DNA of 64,000 nt from an uncultured Ruminococcus sp. (GCA_902778145.1 CACYWW010000022.1:42273-106272), one strand, 5' to 3'; numbered from the stretch's first letter, positions 16,929-28,092 are shown. Program-made: numbers and translations. The notes: generated by a model not told the origin, from the sequence alone.

Positions 16929-18484
16929 TTCTCTTCTTCTCCGTTATCCGATACTGTCGTTTTATCCTTCCAAAGCCTGTCAAGCTTATAGAACTCGCGC
17001 GCGCTCTTGACAAAGATGTGGACTATGACAACGCCGTAATCCAGCACGTACCATTCGCCGCCCGCTATACCGTCTTTATGGTACGGGTCAACGCCGCAAA
17101 GGGAAAGCGCGGTCTCCACCTCGTCCGCCAGAGCCTTGACGTGAGTGGTCGACGTGGCGTTGCAGATGACGAAGCAGTCGGTGACGACGGTCTTGTCCGC
17201 AACGGGTATGATCTCGATATTCTTTGCAAGCTTTTCGTCAAGCACTTGCTTTATTTTTTCCGCGATCTGCATTGAGCTCGCGTCTGTCAGGTCTGTGATT
17301 TTTTCGTTTTCAGCCATTTTTGCGCTCTCCTTTTCATATGTTAGGCGGGTCAGGCGGTGGATCGCCGACCCTTTTTCTTTCATGTGTTCAAGCTGCCTTT
17401 CACAGCAGTCGAGGAATACGCGGTCAACGTGCTCCGGCGTAAGCTTTTGTGAGAAAAGCTCGTTTCTGAGCCTTTTGCAAGCCTCGTATTCCCTGCCCGG
17501 CTCGGTGAAATCCGCGAGGAACACGATCTTCTCACAAAGATCCATTCCCGGCGCTCCCGTGCAGTGGCATTCGATCATCCGGCAGACGCGTGCGTCGCAG
17601 CCGAATTCCTTCTCCGCAAATACCGCGCCTGACAGCTGGTGCAGCGTCTGAGGACAGAGCAGATAATCCGGATCCGTCTCTCTGCCTTCAAGGACCGACA
17701 GCTGACGCTCCGTGCTCATCTCCTTCGTACAGTCATGAAGGATGCCCGCACGCACCAGCCGCCAGAGCGACGATTCCGGGAGCGAAAGCTCAAGTCCGAT
17801 CCGCTCCGCCGTCCGCGCCACGCCCATGCTGTGTTCGTACCGTTTCAAAGACAGGTTTTCTTTTATATATTCCTTCAATTCCGCGTTTTTCGCGCCGTAA
17901 AGATCGTTTTCCTCAATATACACGAGCACCGCCCCGGGGACAAGGCAGGAAACGTCATCTCCGCGTCGGAGCGCGGCTCTTACCTCGCTTGAGGACACGA
18001 CGACGGCGTCTCCGCGGCATAAGAAGCATCTTGCGCCGAATTCCCGCTCAAAGGACTCCCTTTTGCGGAGAAGCTCCGCCTCGTCGTCGCCCGTGCGCGA
18101 CATGCACCAGATCTCGGCGAGCTCAAAGATACGCCCCGGATTTTTCCATTCGTCAAGCGTCAGGAACATATCCGATCCGGTGAGGAAGCACAGCGTATCG
18201 CCTTCACTGTGAAAGTGCTCGAGCGTGAGATACGTATAGCTCACACCGCCCTGCTTTATCTCATAGTCGCAGACTGTAATACGCGGATCGCCCTCAAAGG
18301 CGAGCTTCAGCATATCGACCCGTCTTTGCGGCACGTCGTCCTCCGCCGTCGGCTTATGCGGCGATATAAGGCTCGGCATGATCAGCAGACGGTCGAGCTC
18401 CGCCTGTTCAAGGAACGCTTTCGCCGCCGAGACGTGGCCGTTGTGAGGCGGCGAGAACGTCCCTCCGTATATCCCCGTCCTCAT
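16925..18484 (-). CDS. nadD: Triple fusion in one reading frame: nicotinate-nucleotide adenylyltransferase (NadD) + HD-domain phosphohydrolase (YqeK) + ribosomal silencing factor (RsfS)
   Basis: 519 aa. The N-terminus GIYGGTFSPPHNGH is NadD. The middle LSLKRYEHSMGVARTAE...ILHDCTKE is the YqeK HD domain. The C-terminus NIEIIPVADKTVVTDCFVICNATSTTHVKAL...GEWYVLDYGVVIVHIF is RsfS. No stop separates the modules. Confidence 0.85.
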   Translation of the reverse strand: MRTGIYGGTFSPPHNGHVSAAKAFLEQAELDRLLIMPSLISPHKPTAEDDVPQRRVDMLKLAFEGDPRITVCDYEIKQGGVSYTYLTLEHFHSEGDTLCFLTGSDMFLTLDEWKNPGRIFELAEIWCMSRTGDDEAELLRKRESFEREFGARCFLCRGDAVVVSSSEVRAALRRGDDVSCLVPGAVLVYIEENDLYGAKNAELKEYIKENLSLKRYEHSMGVARTAERIGLELSLPESSLWRLVRAGILHDCTKEMSTERQLSVLEGRETDPDYLLCPQTLHQLSGAVFAEKEFGCDARVCRMIECHCTGAPGMDLCEKIVFLADFTEPGREYEACKRLRNELFSQKLTPEHVDRVFLDCCERQLEHMKEKGSAIHRLTRLTYEKESAKMAENEKITDLTDASSMQIAEKIKQVLDEKLAKNIEIIPVADKTVVTDCFVICNATSTTHVKALADEVETALSLCGVDPYHKDGIAGGEWYVLDYGVVIVHIFVKSAREFYKLDRLWKDKTTVSDNGEEEK

Positions 18485-18786
18485 CGCGGCAGGATTATCC
18501 TTGTCTCTCTGCGCTTTTCATCATCAGTCTCACGGTAAAGGATGAACCTGCGCCCGACGACGAGCACGACGTCCGACGACGTGCGCTCCGATATTATATC
18601 CGCCGCCTCGCGCGGGGTGTACGGCGAGTTTTCAAGGACGGACACCTTTATCAGCTCGTGAGCGGTAAGCGCGTCGCTTATCTGGTTTACCATATTGTCC
18701 GATATCTCATTCTTTCCGACCTGGAATATCGGCTGTATTTTTGCGGCGAGGTTTTTGAGAAACGCTCTCTGTTTTGACGTCAGCAT
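18481..18786 (-). CDS. yhbY: YhbY/YqeI-type CRM-domain RNA-binding protein
   Basis: The track ORF is 18481-18897. The internal start MLTSKQRAFLKNLAAKIQPIFQVGKNEI matches the family N-terminus and avoids overlapping rdgB beyond 7 nt. Confidence 0.8.
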   Translation of the reverse strand: MLTSKQRAFLKNLAAKIQPIFQVGKNEISDNMVNQISDALTAHELIKVSVLENSPYTPREAADIISERTSSDVVLVVGRRFILYRETDDEKRRETRIILPR

Positions 18787-19370
18787 ATTATTCCCCTCAG
18801 TTTTTCGCAGAACGCGGCGAGCGCCCTGCCTCTGTGTGATACGGCGTTTTTTTCTTCGGCCGACGCCTCGGCGAAGGTCTTTCCTATCTCCGGACAATAG
18901 AACAGCGGGTCGTAGCCGAAGCCGTCGTCTCCGCGCGGCGCCGTCAGTATCGTGCCGCGGACCTCTCCGCGCGCCGTGACGATCCTGCCGTCGGGGAATA
19001 CGGCGCTCATTACGCAGACGAATCCCGCGCCGCGGTCTTCCTTCCCCTCAAGCTCCGATAAAAGCTTTATGTTATTTTCCCGGTCGCCCTTTCCGGAGTA
19101 CCTTGCCGAATAGATGCCCGGCGCGCCGCCGAGCGCGTCAACGCAGAGTCCGGAGTCATCCGCGACTCCGATATATCCGAGCCTCGCCGGAACGGACGCC
19201 TTGATTATCGAATTCTCCTCGAAGCTCGTCCCGTTTTCCTCGATATCGCCTTCAAACCCGATATCCGATAATGAGTACACGGTACACTCGGGTAAAAGCC
19301 TTCCGAGGATCGTCCGGAGCTCCCGGATTTTCTTTTTATTGTTTGACGCGAGTACGAATTTTTCCATCAT
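18780..19370 (-). CDS. rdgB: RdgB/HAM1 non-canonical purine NTP pyrophosphatase
   Basis: 196 aa. LASNNKKKIRE, FEENSIIKA and FGYDPLF motifs. Confidence 0.92.
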   Translation of the reverse strand: MMEKFVLASNNKKKIRELRTILGRLLPECTVYSLSDIGFEGDIEENGTSFEENSIIKASVPARLGYIGVADDSGLCVDALGGAPGIYSARYSGKGDRENNIKLLSELEGKEDRGAGFVCVMSAVFPDGRIVTARGEVRGTILTAPRGDDGFGYDPLFYCPEIGKTFAEASAEEKNAVSHRGRALAAFCEKLRGIIC

Positions 19371-20272
19371 TCGAAAAGCGCGTTTATGAAGTCAGCCGCA
19401 ACGAACGGCTGCATATCGTCGGCTTTCTCACCGACGCCGATGAACTTGACCGGGATCCCCAGCTCGTCCTTTACGGAAATGACGATGCCGCCCTTCGCCG
19501 TACCGTCGAGCTTTGTCAGAATGAGCCCCGTGATCTTTGCGGTGTTGGAGAATTCCTTCGCCTGTATCACGGCGTTCTGACCCGTCGTCGCGTCGAGGAC
19601 GAGAAGCGTCTCACGCGCGGCTCCGGGAAGCTCGCGGTCGACCACGCGGTTTATCTTGGACAGCTCGTCCATGAGGTTCTTCTTGTTGTGGAGCCTTCCC
19701 GCCGTGTCTATGATCAGCACGTCGGCTCCCCTCGCCTTCGCGGCGGCCGCCGCGTCGAATACAACGGACGCGGGATCGGAGCCCTCGTCGTGCTTTATCA
19801 TATCGACGCCTATGCGGTCAGCCCAGATGCCGAGCTGATCTATCGCGGCGGCGCGGAACGTATCCGCGGCGGCGAGCATGACCTTTTTGCCCTCTCCCTT
19901 GAGGTAATTCGCTATTTTCGCGATCGACGTCGTCTTGCCGACGCCGTTGACGCCTATCACGAGTATGACGGAAGGCTTGGTCGAAAGGTCGAGCGGCTCG
20001 CCGTCCTGTATCATCTCGCCGATGACGTCCTTCAGCGCGTTGTACGCGTCCTCGCTCTCCGTTATCCTGTTCTCCTGTATACGGCGGCGGAGCTTCGCTA
20101 TGATCTTCTCTGTCGTCTCCACTCCGACGTCGCTCGTTATGAGGATCTCCTCAAGCTCGTCGAGCAGATCCTCGTCGACCTTCCGCATGGATACGAAAAG
20201 ATCGTGTACCCTGCCGAAGAGCGCGTTTTTTGTTTTTCTGAGTCCTTCCCTGAGTTTTTCGAAAAATCCCAT
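19367..20272 (-). CDS. ftsY: Signal recognition particle receptor FtsY
   Basis: 301 aa. GVNGVGKTTSIAKIA P-loop, DTAGRLHNK and TKLDGTAKGG motifs. Confidence 0.96.
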   Translation of the reverse strand: MGFFEKLREGLRKTKNALFGRVHDLFVSMRKVDEDLLDELEEILITSDVGVETTEKIIAKLRRRIQENRITESEDAYNALKDVIGEMIQDGEPLDLSTKPSVILVIGVNGVGKTTSIAKIANYLKGEGKKVMLAAADTFRAAAIDQLGIWADRIGVDMIKHDEGSDPASVVFDAAAAAKARGADVLIIDTAGRLHNKKNLMDELSKINRVVDRELPGAARETLLVLDATTGQNAVIQAKEFSNTAKITGLILTKLDGTAKGGIVISVKDELGIPVKFIGVGEKADDMQPFVAADFINALFE

Positions 20273-20276
20273 TGTC

Positions 20277-23200
20277 TTATTCCAGCTTTCCCAACTTTTC
20301 TTCTATTTCGTTTATATCTACCGAAAGCACCTTGGAAATGCCCTTTGTCGGCATCGTCACGCCGTACAGCTTTTCAGCCGCCTCCATCGTGCCGCGTCTG
20401 TGCGAAATCAGTATGAACTGCGTTTTGTCCTGTGTCTCGCGGATGTACTGCGCAAAGCGGTCGACGTTGACCTCGTCGAGCGCCGCCTCGATCTCGTCGA
20501 GCATGATGAACGGCGTCGGGTTGACCTCGAGCAGCGCGAGATATATCGCTATCGCGACGAACGACTGCTCGCCGCCCGAAAGCAGCGACAGGTTCTTGAT
20601 TATCTTTCCGGGAGGCGCGACGTTTATGTCGATGCCCGATTCGAGCACGTTGTCCGGTTCCCTCAGCACAAGCTCCGCGGTACCGCCGCCGAACAGCCTG
20701 CGGAACACCTGACCGAAATGAAGGTTGATGTTCTCGAAGGCACGGACGAAGCCGGTCTTCATCTCGTCGTCGAGACGCGATATGATCTCGAGCAGATCCT
20801 TCTCGGAGTTCGTAAGGTCGCCGATCTGCGTCGTCAGCTCGTCGTGCTGTTTCTTTACCTCCTGATATTCCTCTATCGCCGACACGTTGACGTGTCCGAG
20901 CGCGCGTATCTTTCCGCGGAGCTCGTTCTGACGCTTGAACAGCGCCGGGCGCGTCTGCTCGTTCACCTCGGGGCAGTTGTATTCGACGGCTTTTTCCTTT
21001 GCCTCCGAATACGAGAGCTCGTAATTCTCCTCAAGCACGCCCTTGAGCTTTTCACGCTCGCTCTCCGCGTTCTCAAGCTTTGCCTCAGCCTGTATCTTCT
21101 TTTCGATGAGCTGCTGCTTCTGCTCCGTCTTTTCTCTTTCATCATTGCGGGACACGGTGTATCTGCCCTCCGTCTCCGCAGTCTTTGCGGAGAGGGACGA
21201 GATCCGTTCCGTAAGCTCCGCGATCCTCCGCTCGAAGCCGGAAAGATCCTCGCCGGTCCTGCCCGCCTTTTCGGCGTTTTCCGCGAGTCTGTTCCTGTGC
21301 GACTGAAGCTGGGCTTCGGCGGACTCTATGCTCGTTCTGAGAACGGAGCACGTTCCCTCGCTCTCGTCGAGCGACGTCTGATAAGCCGCGGTGCCGCGCG
21401 CGTTGCCCGCCGCGTTCACTCTCGCCTCTTCAAGCGCTCCGCGCAGCTTCTGCTGGCTTTCGTTCAGGGAATCCATACGGCCGTCAAGCTCCGCCGCGCG
21501 GTCCCTGACGCCGGTGATCCTTTCGTTGAGCTCGTCGAGATACGCGCGGTCCTCCTCGCGTTTTCTGCGCCTCTGCTCCGCCTTTTCAAATATGCCGTTT
21601 TTCTCGTTTTCTATCTCGTCCGCACGGGAATACGCCTCGTCAAGTCTCGCCTCCGCGACCTTCACCGCCGCCGACGCCTCGTTCCTGAGCGCCTCGATTA
21701 TCCCGTCCTCCGCGGTCAGACCGTCGTTTTCGCGGGAAAGCTCCTCCGCTTCCTTTACGAGTGCGGAAAGTCCGCGCTCCGCCTCATCCGACGCCTCTCT
21801 GCATTTTTTCATAAGCTCGGAAAGAGCCTCTATCTCACGTCCGCGGGAGAGGATGCCGCTGTCCTTTACGCCGGAGCCGCCCGTGAAAGAGCCGCCCGCG
21901 TTGATCTGCTGACCGTCGAGCGTTATGATCCTGATCTTATATCCGAACGCCCGGGCGCAGGCGACGGCGTTGTCGATATTATCGAACACCGCTGTCCTGC
22001 CGAGCAGGTTTTTGCAGATATCCGAGAACTTCGCCTCGCACGATACAAGATCGGACGCCACGCCCTCGAAACCGCGCTGCGCTCTGAGCCTGTCGATGTC
22101 CTGCGACAGGTACGACGGCTTCACCGTCGCCACCGGCAAAAACGTGGTCCTGCCGGCGCCGGCCGCCTTCAGCGCGTACATGGCAGCCTTCGCCGCCGCC
22201 TCGTCCTCCACGACTATATTCTGGAGCGCGGAGCCGAGGCTGCACTCTATCGCCGTCGAATACTTCTCCGGCACGGATATGAGCTGCGATACCGGCGCGT
22301 ATATCTTACCTTTAATATTTCCTTTTTTATATTCGTCCATGACGAAGCGCGTGGCGCGGGAATAGCCCTCGAAAAGCTCTTCCATACGCTTCAGTGCGTC
22401 GGATTTTCTCTCCGCCACCTGATAAGCCACGTCCGAATCGTCCTTCTTGCGGCGAAGCGTCTGCTGCTCCTCCGAGTTCTTTGCGATCCGCGCCTTCAGC
22501 TTTGTGAGCCTTTCCTGCGTTTCCGCGCGTTTGTCGGCATACTGCTTTTCGAGCTTCGTCGCCGAATCGAGCTCCGACTCAAGTCTTTTGATCGTCTCGT
22601 TCTGCGCGTCGATCGAAGCGTCGAGCTCGGCGGTCTTCTCGCTGTCCGCGTTGTCCGACGTGTCGGTGACGGTGAGGCTTATCCTCAGATCTATCGCCTG
22701 ATCGGACAGCTCCCTCAGCGTCTCTGAAAGCTCCTCCGACTCCGCGGCGCATCTGTCTATCTCAGCGCAGACCTCGTTATACGCGTTTTCCGCCTCCGTC
22801 TCTCTCGCTGAAAGCTCCGCGTCCTTTTCTTTCGAGGCTCTGAGCGCCTCCTCGCGCTCGTTCCTCTGCTTTTCCGCGTCGGCGAAGCTCTGCTTCAGGT
22901 TAGATAATCTTTCGGTGATCTCGCCGATCTTCTCCTTCAGATGCTGCGCCTCCGCGGACGCGAACGCCGCCCTGTTAGTCGCCTCCGCCCTGTCGTTCTG
23001 AGTGCGCGAAAGCTCGGTGTTGCAGCGCTCCGTCTGCTGTTTCAGATCCTGCAGCTCGTCGAAAAGAGCCGTCGTCTGTTCGGAAAGTCTGTCCGCCTCG
23101 CTCTCCGTGAGTTCGAGATCGGAAGAGTATATCTCATACGTGCCGCGCAGCGAGGCTATGCGCTTCGAAAGCTCCGCCATGTCGTAAAGCCACAGGGCTA

Positions 23201-23885
23201 TATCGAGCATGCGCTTCTCCTCGTACACCTCCATGTATTTCCGCGCCTTCTCCGACTCCTTTTCGAGCGGACCGACGCGCGAGGCGAGGACGCTGTTTAT
23301 GTCGTTCAGGCGTGTCAGGTTCTCCTGCGTCGCCGTGAGCTTTTTCAACGCCTCGTTCTTGCTGAATTTATACTTCGAAATGCCGGCGGCTTCCTCGAAC
23401 ACCATGCGGCGTTCCTCACTCTTAAGTGAGACGATCTCCGCGATCTTGCCCTGCCCGATTACGGAATATCCGCCCCTGCCGATACCGGTGTTCATGAACA
23501 GCGCGTGTATGTCCTTCAGCCTGCACGCCTTGCCGTTTATCAGATAATCGCTGTCGCCGCCGCGGAAATAGCGCCGCGTTACGGTGACCTCGTCGTATTC
23601 TATCGGGAGCTTGTCCTCCTCGCCCGAGTTGTCGAGAGTGAGGGACACCTGCGCAAAGCTCGACGGCTTCCTCGTCTCCGCGCCGCCGAAGATTATATCC
23701 TCCATCTTCGTGCCGCGGATGTTCCTTGACGATACCTCGCCGAGCACCCAGCGCATGGCGTCGGCGATGTTCGATTTTCCGGATCCGTTCGGTCCTATTA
23801 TGACGGTTATCCCTTCCTTGAACGTAAGCGTGGTCTTTTCCGGAAAGGACTTGAAGCCCTGCAATTCGATCGATTTTAAGTACAT
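20277..23885 (-). CDS. smc: Chromosome partition protein Smc
   Basis: 1202 aa. N-terminal GPNGSGKSNI, long coiled coils, a hinge, and C-terminal LSGGEQ plus FIMLDEIEAALD. Confidence 0.97.
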   Translation of the reverse strand: MYLKSIELQGFKSFPEKTTLTFKEGITVIIGPNGSGKSNIADAMRWVLGEVSSRNIRGTKMEDIIFGGAETRKPSSFAQVSLTLDNSGEEDKLPIEYDEVTVTRRYFRGGDSDYLINGKACRLKDIHALFMNTGIGRGGYSVIGQGKIAEIVSLKSEERRMVFEEAAGISKYKFSKNEALKKLTATQENLTRLNDINSVLASRVGPLEKESEKARKYMEVYEEKRMLDIALWLYDMAELSKRIASLRGTYEIYSSDLELTESEADRLSEQTTALFDELQDLKQQTERCNTELSRTQNDRAEATNRAAFASAEAQHLKEKIGEITERLSNLKQSFADAEKQRNEREEALRASKEKDAELSARETEAENAYNEVCAEIDRCAAESEELSETLRELSDQAIDLRISLTVTDTSDNADSEKTAELDASIDAQNETIKRLESELDSATKLEKQYADKRAETQERLTKLKARIAKNSEEQQTLRRKKDDSDVAYQVAERKSDALKRMEELFEGYSRATRFVMDEYKKGNIKGKIYAPVSQLISVPEKYSTAIECSLGSALQNIVVEDEAAAKAAMYALKAAGAGRTTFLPVATVKPSYLSQDIDRLRAQRGFEGVASDLVSCEAKFSDICKNLLGRTAVFDNIDNAVACARAFGYKIRIITLDGQQINAGGSFTGGSGVKDSGILSRGREIEALSELMKKCREASDEAERGLSALVKEAEELSRENDGLTAEDGIIEALRNEASAAVKVAEARLDEAYSRADEIENEKNGIFEKAEQRRRKREEDRAYLDELNERITGVRDRAAELDGRMDSLNESQQKLRGALEEARVNAAGNARGTAAYQTSLDESEGTCSVLRTSIESAEAQLQSHRNRLAENAEKAGRTGEDLSGFERRIAELTERISSLSAKTAETEGRYTVSRNDEREKTEQKQQLIEKKIQAEAKLENAESEREKLKGVLEENYELSYSEAKEKAVEYNCPEVNEQTRPALFKRQNELRGKIRALGHVNVSAIEEYQEVKKQHDELTTQIGDLTNSEKDLLEIISRLDDEMKTGFVRAFENINLHFGQVFRRLFGGGTAELVLREPDNVLESGIDINVAPPGKIIKNLSLLSGGEQSFVAIAIYLALLEVNPTPFIMLDEIEAALDEVNVDRFAQYIRETQDKTQFILISHRRGTMEAAEKLYGVTMPTKGISKVLSVDINEIEEKLGKLE

Positions 23886-24877
23886 TGTTCGCTCAATAAT
23901 TCCGCCGTATACGGCGGTATGTCCTTTTCAATGAATTTTATGTTCACGCCGTATTCCTCATACAGCTTCTTTCTGTTCGACCTGTTGTGGCCCGCGGCGC
24001 GGGACGTATGTCCTCTCGGCACGCACACGGTGACGCCGCCTTTTTTATCGCGGACGAGCGCGGAGATGATGTCGTAATAGATGAGAGAATCGCATTTTTC
24101 ACCGACAGCCTCATCGTAGCCGCCGCAGGCGATCTCGCCGCCGCCTGTCAGCCCCTCGTTCGCCTGGAGTCCAACGCGGATCGTCGGCACGCCGTGCTCT
24201 ATGAACACCCGCTTCACGTCAGCGGTGCGGCGGATCAGCTCCTCCGCGGTATACGGCACGTAGGCGCCGTTCTCCGCCATGAAGGCAAGCTCCGTTTCGC
24301 GGAATACGACGATCGGGTATATCCTCGCACCGTCGGCGTATCCGCATATGTCCTCCGCGGTTTTTATCTCGCTTTCGGGCGAGGCGCCGGGGAGTCCCGT
24401 CATCATCTGACCGACAAGCGAGAAGCCCGCTTCTTTTATCATTTTCATAGCCGCAAGCGACTGAGCCGCCGTGTGGCCGCGTCTGCATTCGCGGAGCACG
24501 CGGTCGTCCGTCGACTGTATGCCGAGCTCGACCGTTTTCACGCCGTATTTTTTCAGGCAGGCTATGATCTCCCCGTCTATGTAATCCGGTCTCGTCGAGC
24601 AGCGGAGCGCGGACACCGCGCCTTTTTCGATATACGAGTATCCGAGTCTGAGAAGTCTTATCATCAGAGAACGGTCTATACCCGTGAACGATCCGCCGAA
24701 AAACGCTATCTCCGCGTCGTCGCCGTCGTTCAGCGTCCGGATCGCCCCGTCTATCGTTGTTTTAACGTCTTCTTCTCTGAACTCGGTATGCTCCGTGATT
24801 TTTCTCTGATTGCAGAACACGCAGTCATTCGGACAGCCGAGGTGCGGGATGAAGACCGGGATGTTCTTATGTCTCAT
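23876..24877 (-). CDS. Radical SAM protein (ELP3/coproporphyrinogen-oxidase-like family), function unknown
   Basis: 333 aa. N-terminal IPHLGCPNDCVFCNQ (CX3CX2C). Sits between rnc and smc. Confidence 0.8.
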   Translation of the reverse strand: MRHKNIPVFIPHLGCPNDCVFCNQRKITEHTEFREEDVKTTIDGAIRTLNDGDDAEIAFFGGSFTGIDRSLMIRLLRLGYSYIEKGAVSALRCSTRPDYIDGEIIACLKKYGVKTVELGIQSTDDRVLRECRRGHTAAQSLAAMKMIKEAGFSLVGQMMTGLPGASPESEIKTAEDICGYADGARIYPIVVFRETELAFMAENGAYVPYTAEELIRRTADVKRVFIEHGVPTIRVGLQANEGLTGGGEIACGGYDEAVGEKCDSLIYYDIISALVRDKKGGVTVCVPRGHTSRAAGHNRSNRKKLYEEYGVNIKFIEKDIPPYTAELLSEQCT

Positions 24878-25580
24878 CCCTGATCTCGCCGAAAAGCAGC
24901 AGCGCGTCGTGCGCCGCCGCCTGCTCGGCAGCGCGTTTGCTCTTGCCCGTGCCGCGGCCTATCACGTTGTTCTGATATCTGACGCACATATGGAAGGTCT
25001 TGTTGTGTCCCGGCCCCTCCTCGCTCTCAAGCTCATAGACGACCGTCTCGCCCGGTTCCTTCTGTATGAACTGCTGTAAAAGCGACTTGTAATCCTTTGT
25101 ATGGACGGAAGCCGCCTTTATCTGCGGTATAAGCAGCGGATAAAGGAACTTTTCCGCCGCCGCGCGCCCGCCGTCAAGATATATCGCGGCAAGAAGCGCC
25201 TCGAAAGCGTCCGCGATGATCGACGGATTTTCGCGCCCGCCGTTCTGCTCTTCCCCTTTGCCGAGGTAAAGCGCCTCGCCGAGTCCTATCTTCCTGCCGA
25301 GCTCGGAAAGAGACTCCTCGCAGACGGACGCCGCGCGAATCTTTGTCAGGACGCCCTCCGGCAGGTCTTTATATTCGGTGAAAAGATATTCACTGCAAAG
25401 AAATTCAAGTATAGCGTCGCCGAAGAATTCGAGCCGTTCGTTGAATTTCACCCGGCTCCCGCTCTTGCTGTGTTCATTTGCGTACGATGAGTGCGTGAGC
25501 GCCTCGTCGAGCAGGTCCTTATCCCTGAATTCATATCCTATCGTTTCACAAAACAGTTCGTTCGTCATTTTCAGTTCCAA
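24867..25580 (-). CDS. rnc: Ribonuclease III
   Basis: 237 aa. THSSYANE and [12 protein letters not shown] signature, with a C-terminal dsRBD ([12 protein letters not shown]). Confidence 0.96.
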   Translation of the reverse strand: MELKMTNELFCETIGYEFRDKDLLDEALTHSSYANEHSKSGSRVKFNERLEFFGDAILEFLCSEYLFTEYKDLPEGVLTKIRAASVCEESLSELGRKIGLGEALYLGKGEEQNGGRENPSIIADAFEALLAAIYLDGGRAAAEKFLYPLLIPQIKAASVHTKDYKSLLQQFIQKEPGETVVYELESEEGPGHNKTFHMCVRYQNNVIGRGTGKSKRAAEQAAAHDALLLFGEIRDET

Positions 25581-26913
25581 TCATACGCGCCGCGTCCGTC
25601 TCAGGCTGTGATCCGAAGATCTTTTTCATCGCCGCGACGGCCCTTTCGGCGTTGTATTCGTATCTTTTGCGTTTGCCGCCGCGCACCTTTTCGGTGATCG
25701 GGGCGATTATTCCGAAATTCGCGTTCATCGGCTGGAAATCCTTGCCGTCGAAGCGGCTTACGTATTTCGCCATGGCGCCGAGCTCCGTCGTATCCGGGAA
25801 TATGAGCGGATCCTCGCCTCTCGCGCGTCTCGCCGCGTTGATCCCGGCGACGAATCCGGATCCGGTCGACTCTATATATCCCTCTACCCCGGTCATCTGA
25901 CCGGCGAAATAAAGCCCCGGACGGCTGATCATGCCGTAATCCGGTCCGAGAAGTCCGGGCGAATTCATATAAGTGTTCCTGTGCATCACGCCGTAGCGGA
26001 AAAATTCCGCGTTTTGAAGCCCCGGTATCAGTCCGAACACGCGGCGCTGTTCCGGAAAGGTCAGATTAGTCTGGAAGCCGACTATGTTGTACATCGTCTT
26101 TTCTTCGTTTTCCGCGCGCAGCTGTACCGCCGCGTAAGGCTCCTCGCCCGTCCTCGGGTCGGTAAGACCGACAGGCTTGAGCGGCCCGTATCTGAGAGTG
26201 TCCTCTCCGCGTCCCGCCATCACCTCCACCGGCATGCAGCCCTCGAACACGTGCGGATCCTTTTCAAAACCGTGGAGCGGCGCCCTCTCCGCCGTGATCA
26301 GGGCGTTGTAAAACTCAAGATAGCGTTCACGGTCCATCGGGCAGTTTATATACGCCGCCTCGCCCTTGTCGTATCTCGACTGGAAAAAGCAGACGCTCAT
26401 GTCTATACTGTCAGCCGATACTATCGGAGCCGCTGCGTCGTAAAAGTGAAGTCCCTCCCTGCCGGTGATCAGCGCTATGCGCTCCGACAGAGCGTCCGAC
26501 GTCAGAGGCCCCGTGGCGATCACGGTGATGCCGTCCGGTATATCCGTCACCTCGCCCGCGATCACCTGTATGTTCGGGTCGTTTCTTATCTTATCCGTGA
26601 TATACGCGGAAAACCTGTTTCTGTCCACCGCAAGGGCGCCGCCCGCCTCTACTCTCGAGGCGTCCGCCGCCTCCATTATAAGCGAGCCGCCGATACGCAG
26701 TTCTTCCTTCAGAAGCCCGACGGCGTTCGTTATCTGCGCCGCGCGCAGGGAATTCGAGCAGACGAGCTCCGCGAAAAGCGGCGACTTGTGCGCGGGCGTG
26801 TATTTTTCCGGCTTCATCTCAAAAAGTCTGACCTTCACGCCTCTTTTGCTTATCTGATACGCCGCCTCACAGCCGGCAAGCCCGGCGCCGACAACGTTTA
26901 CGTATTCAGTCAT
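25546..26913 (-). CDS. trmFO: Methylenetetrahydrofolate--tRNA-(uracil-5-)-methyltransferase TrmFO
   Basis: 455 aa. [17 protein letters not shown] motif, and TrmFO-like throughout. Confidence 0.93.
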   Translation of the reverse strand: MTEYVNVVGAGLAGCEAAYQISKRGVKVRLFEMKPEKYTPAHKSPLFAELVCSNSLRAAQITNAVGLLKEELRIGGSLIMEAADASRVEAGGALAVDRNRFSAYITDKIRNDPNIQVIAGEVTDIPDGITVIATGPLTSDALSERIALITGREGLHFYDAAAPIVSADSIDMSVCFFQSRYDKGEAAYINCPMDRERYLEFYNALITAERAPLHGFEKDPHVFEGCMPVEVMAGRGEDTLRYGPLKPVGLTDPRTGEEPYAAVQLRAENEEKTMYNIVGFQTNLTFPEQRRVFGLIPGLQNAEFFRYGVMHRNTYMNSPGLLGPDYGMISRPGLYFAGQMTGVEGYIESTGSGFVAGINAARRARGEDPLIFPDTTELGAMAKYVSRFDGKDFQPMNANFGIIAPITEKVRGGKRKRYEYNAERAVAAMKKIFGSQPETDAARMIGTENDERTVL

Positions 26914-28091
26914 CCGAAGTATTTCCCTATCCTGTCAGCCGCCTCGGCTGTCTTTTCATGCGTGTTGAACGACGTCAGCCGGAAATAACCCTTGCCGCAC
27001 GCTCCGAAGCCCTCGCCCGGGGTGCCGACGACGCGGCATTTGTCGAGCAGAAGATCGAAGAACTCCCAGGAACCGAGTCCGTCCGGGCATTTCATCCAGA
27101 TATACGGCGAGTTGACGCCGCCCGTGTAGTATATCCCGAGCCGGTCGAGGCAGGCGCCTATGACGTCCGCGTTTTTCTTGTAGTATCCGAGGTTGACGGC
27201 GATCTGCGTCTGACCCTCGGCTGACAGAGCCGCCTCCGCGCCGCGCTGTATCACGTACGGGGCGCCGTTGTATCTCGTCGACTGACGGCGCAGCCACATG
27301 TCGGCGAGCTTTTTGCCGCCGATCACAAGCTCGTCCGGCAGAACGCACCATCCGCAGCGCTCACCCGTGAAGCCGGCGTTCTTTGAAAAGCTGCAGAATT
27401 CTATGCAGCAGGCTCTTGAGCCGTCTATTTCATATATCGACCGCGCGAGCGACCCGTCGGTGATAAAAGCCTCGTACGCCGCGTCGTATAGGATCACGGC
27501 GCCCTTTTCGGCAGCGTATCTCACCCATTCGCCGAGCGCCTCACGCGTGTAGGCGGCGCCGGTCGGATTGTTGGGGGAGCAGATGTATATAAGATCCGCG
27601 TCCGCCGCGCGGTCGGGCATCGGGAGGAATCCGTTCTTCTCGTTCGCACCGGCGTATATCACGCGCCTGCCGCACATCACGTTCGTGTCGACATACACGG
27701 GATACACCGGATCCGGCACGAGAACCGTGTTGTCGCGGTCGAAAAGATCAAGGATGTTGCCGATATCGCTCTTCGCGCCGTCCGATACGTATATCTCGTG
27801 CGCGGCGACCTTCGTGCCGCGGGAGGCGTAATAGCCGGATATCGCCGTACGCAGGAAATCAAAGCCCTCGTACGGGCCGTAGCCTCTGAAGCCTTCAACG
27901 GTAAGCTGTTCGTCGCACGCCACCTTCATCGCTTTGACGCACGCCTCGGGCAGCGGCCGCGTTACGTCGCCGATACCGAGCTTTATGATATCGGCGTCCG
28001 GGTGTTTTTCTTTATATCCCGCGGTCTTCACCGCGACGGTGTGGAACAGATAGCTGTCCTTCAGATCGTCATAAAATCCGTTCAGTTTCAT
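26910..28091 (-). CDS. dapL: LL-diaminopimelate aminotransferase
   Basis: 393 aa. N-terminal [13 protein letters not shown]...[13 protein letters not shown] and [10 protein letters not shown] (PLP Lys). Lies in the dap operon. Confidence 0.9.
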   Translation of the reverse strand: MKLNGFYDDLKDSYLFHTVAVKTAGYKEKHPDADIIKLGIGDVTRPLPEACVKAMKVACDEQLTVEGFRGYGPYEGFDFLRTAISGYYASRGTKVAAHEIYVSDGAKSDIGNILDLFDRDNTVLVPDPVYPVYVDTNVMCGRRVIYAGANEKNGFLPMPDRAADADLIYICSPNNPTGAAYTREALGEWVRYAAEKGAVILYDAAYEAFITDGSLARSIYEIDGSRACCIEFCSFSKNAGFTGERCGWCVLPDELVIGGKKLADMWLRRQSTRYNGAPYVIQRGAEAALSAEGQTQIAVNLGYYKKNADVIGACLDRLGIYYTGGVNSPYIWMKCPDGLGSWEFFDLLLDKCRVVGTPGEGFGACGKGYFRLTSFNTHEKTAEAADRIGKYFG

Positions 28092-28092
28092 A

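Noticed and set aside
19935-22727. 930-aa plus-strand ORF (with several others at 20272-23934)
   Set aside because: It is antisense to smc, whose product has clear Walker A, hinge and signature motifs. The plus-strand translation is low-complexity and Arg/Leu/Ser-rich, typical of shadow ORFs in GC-rich DNA.
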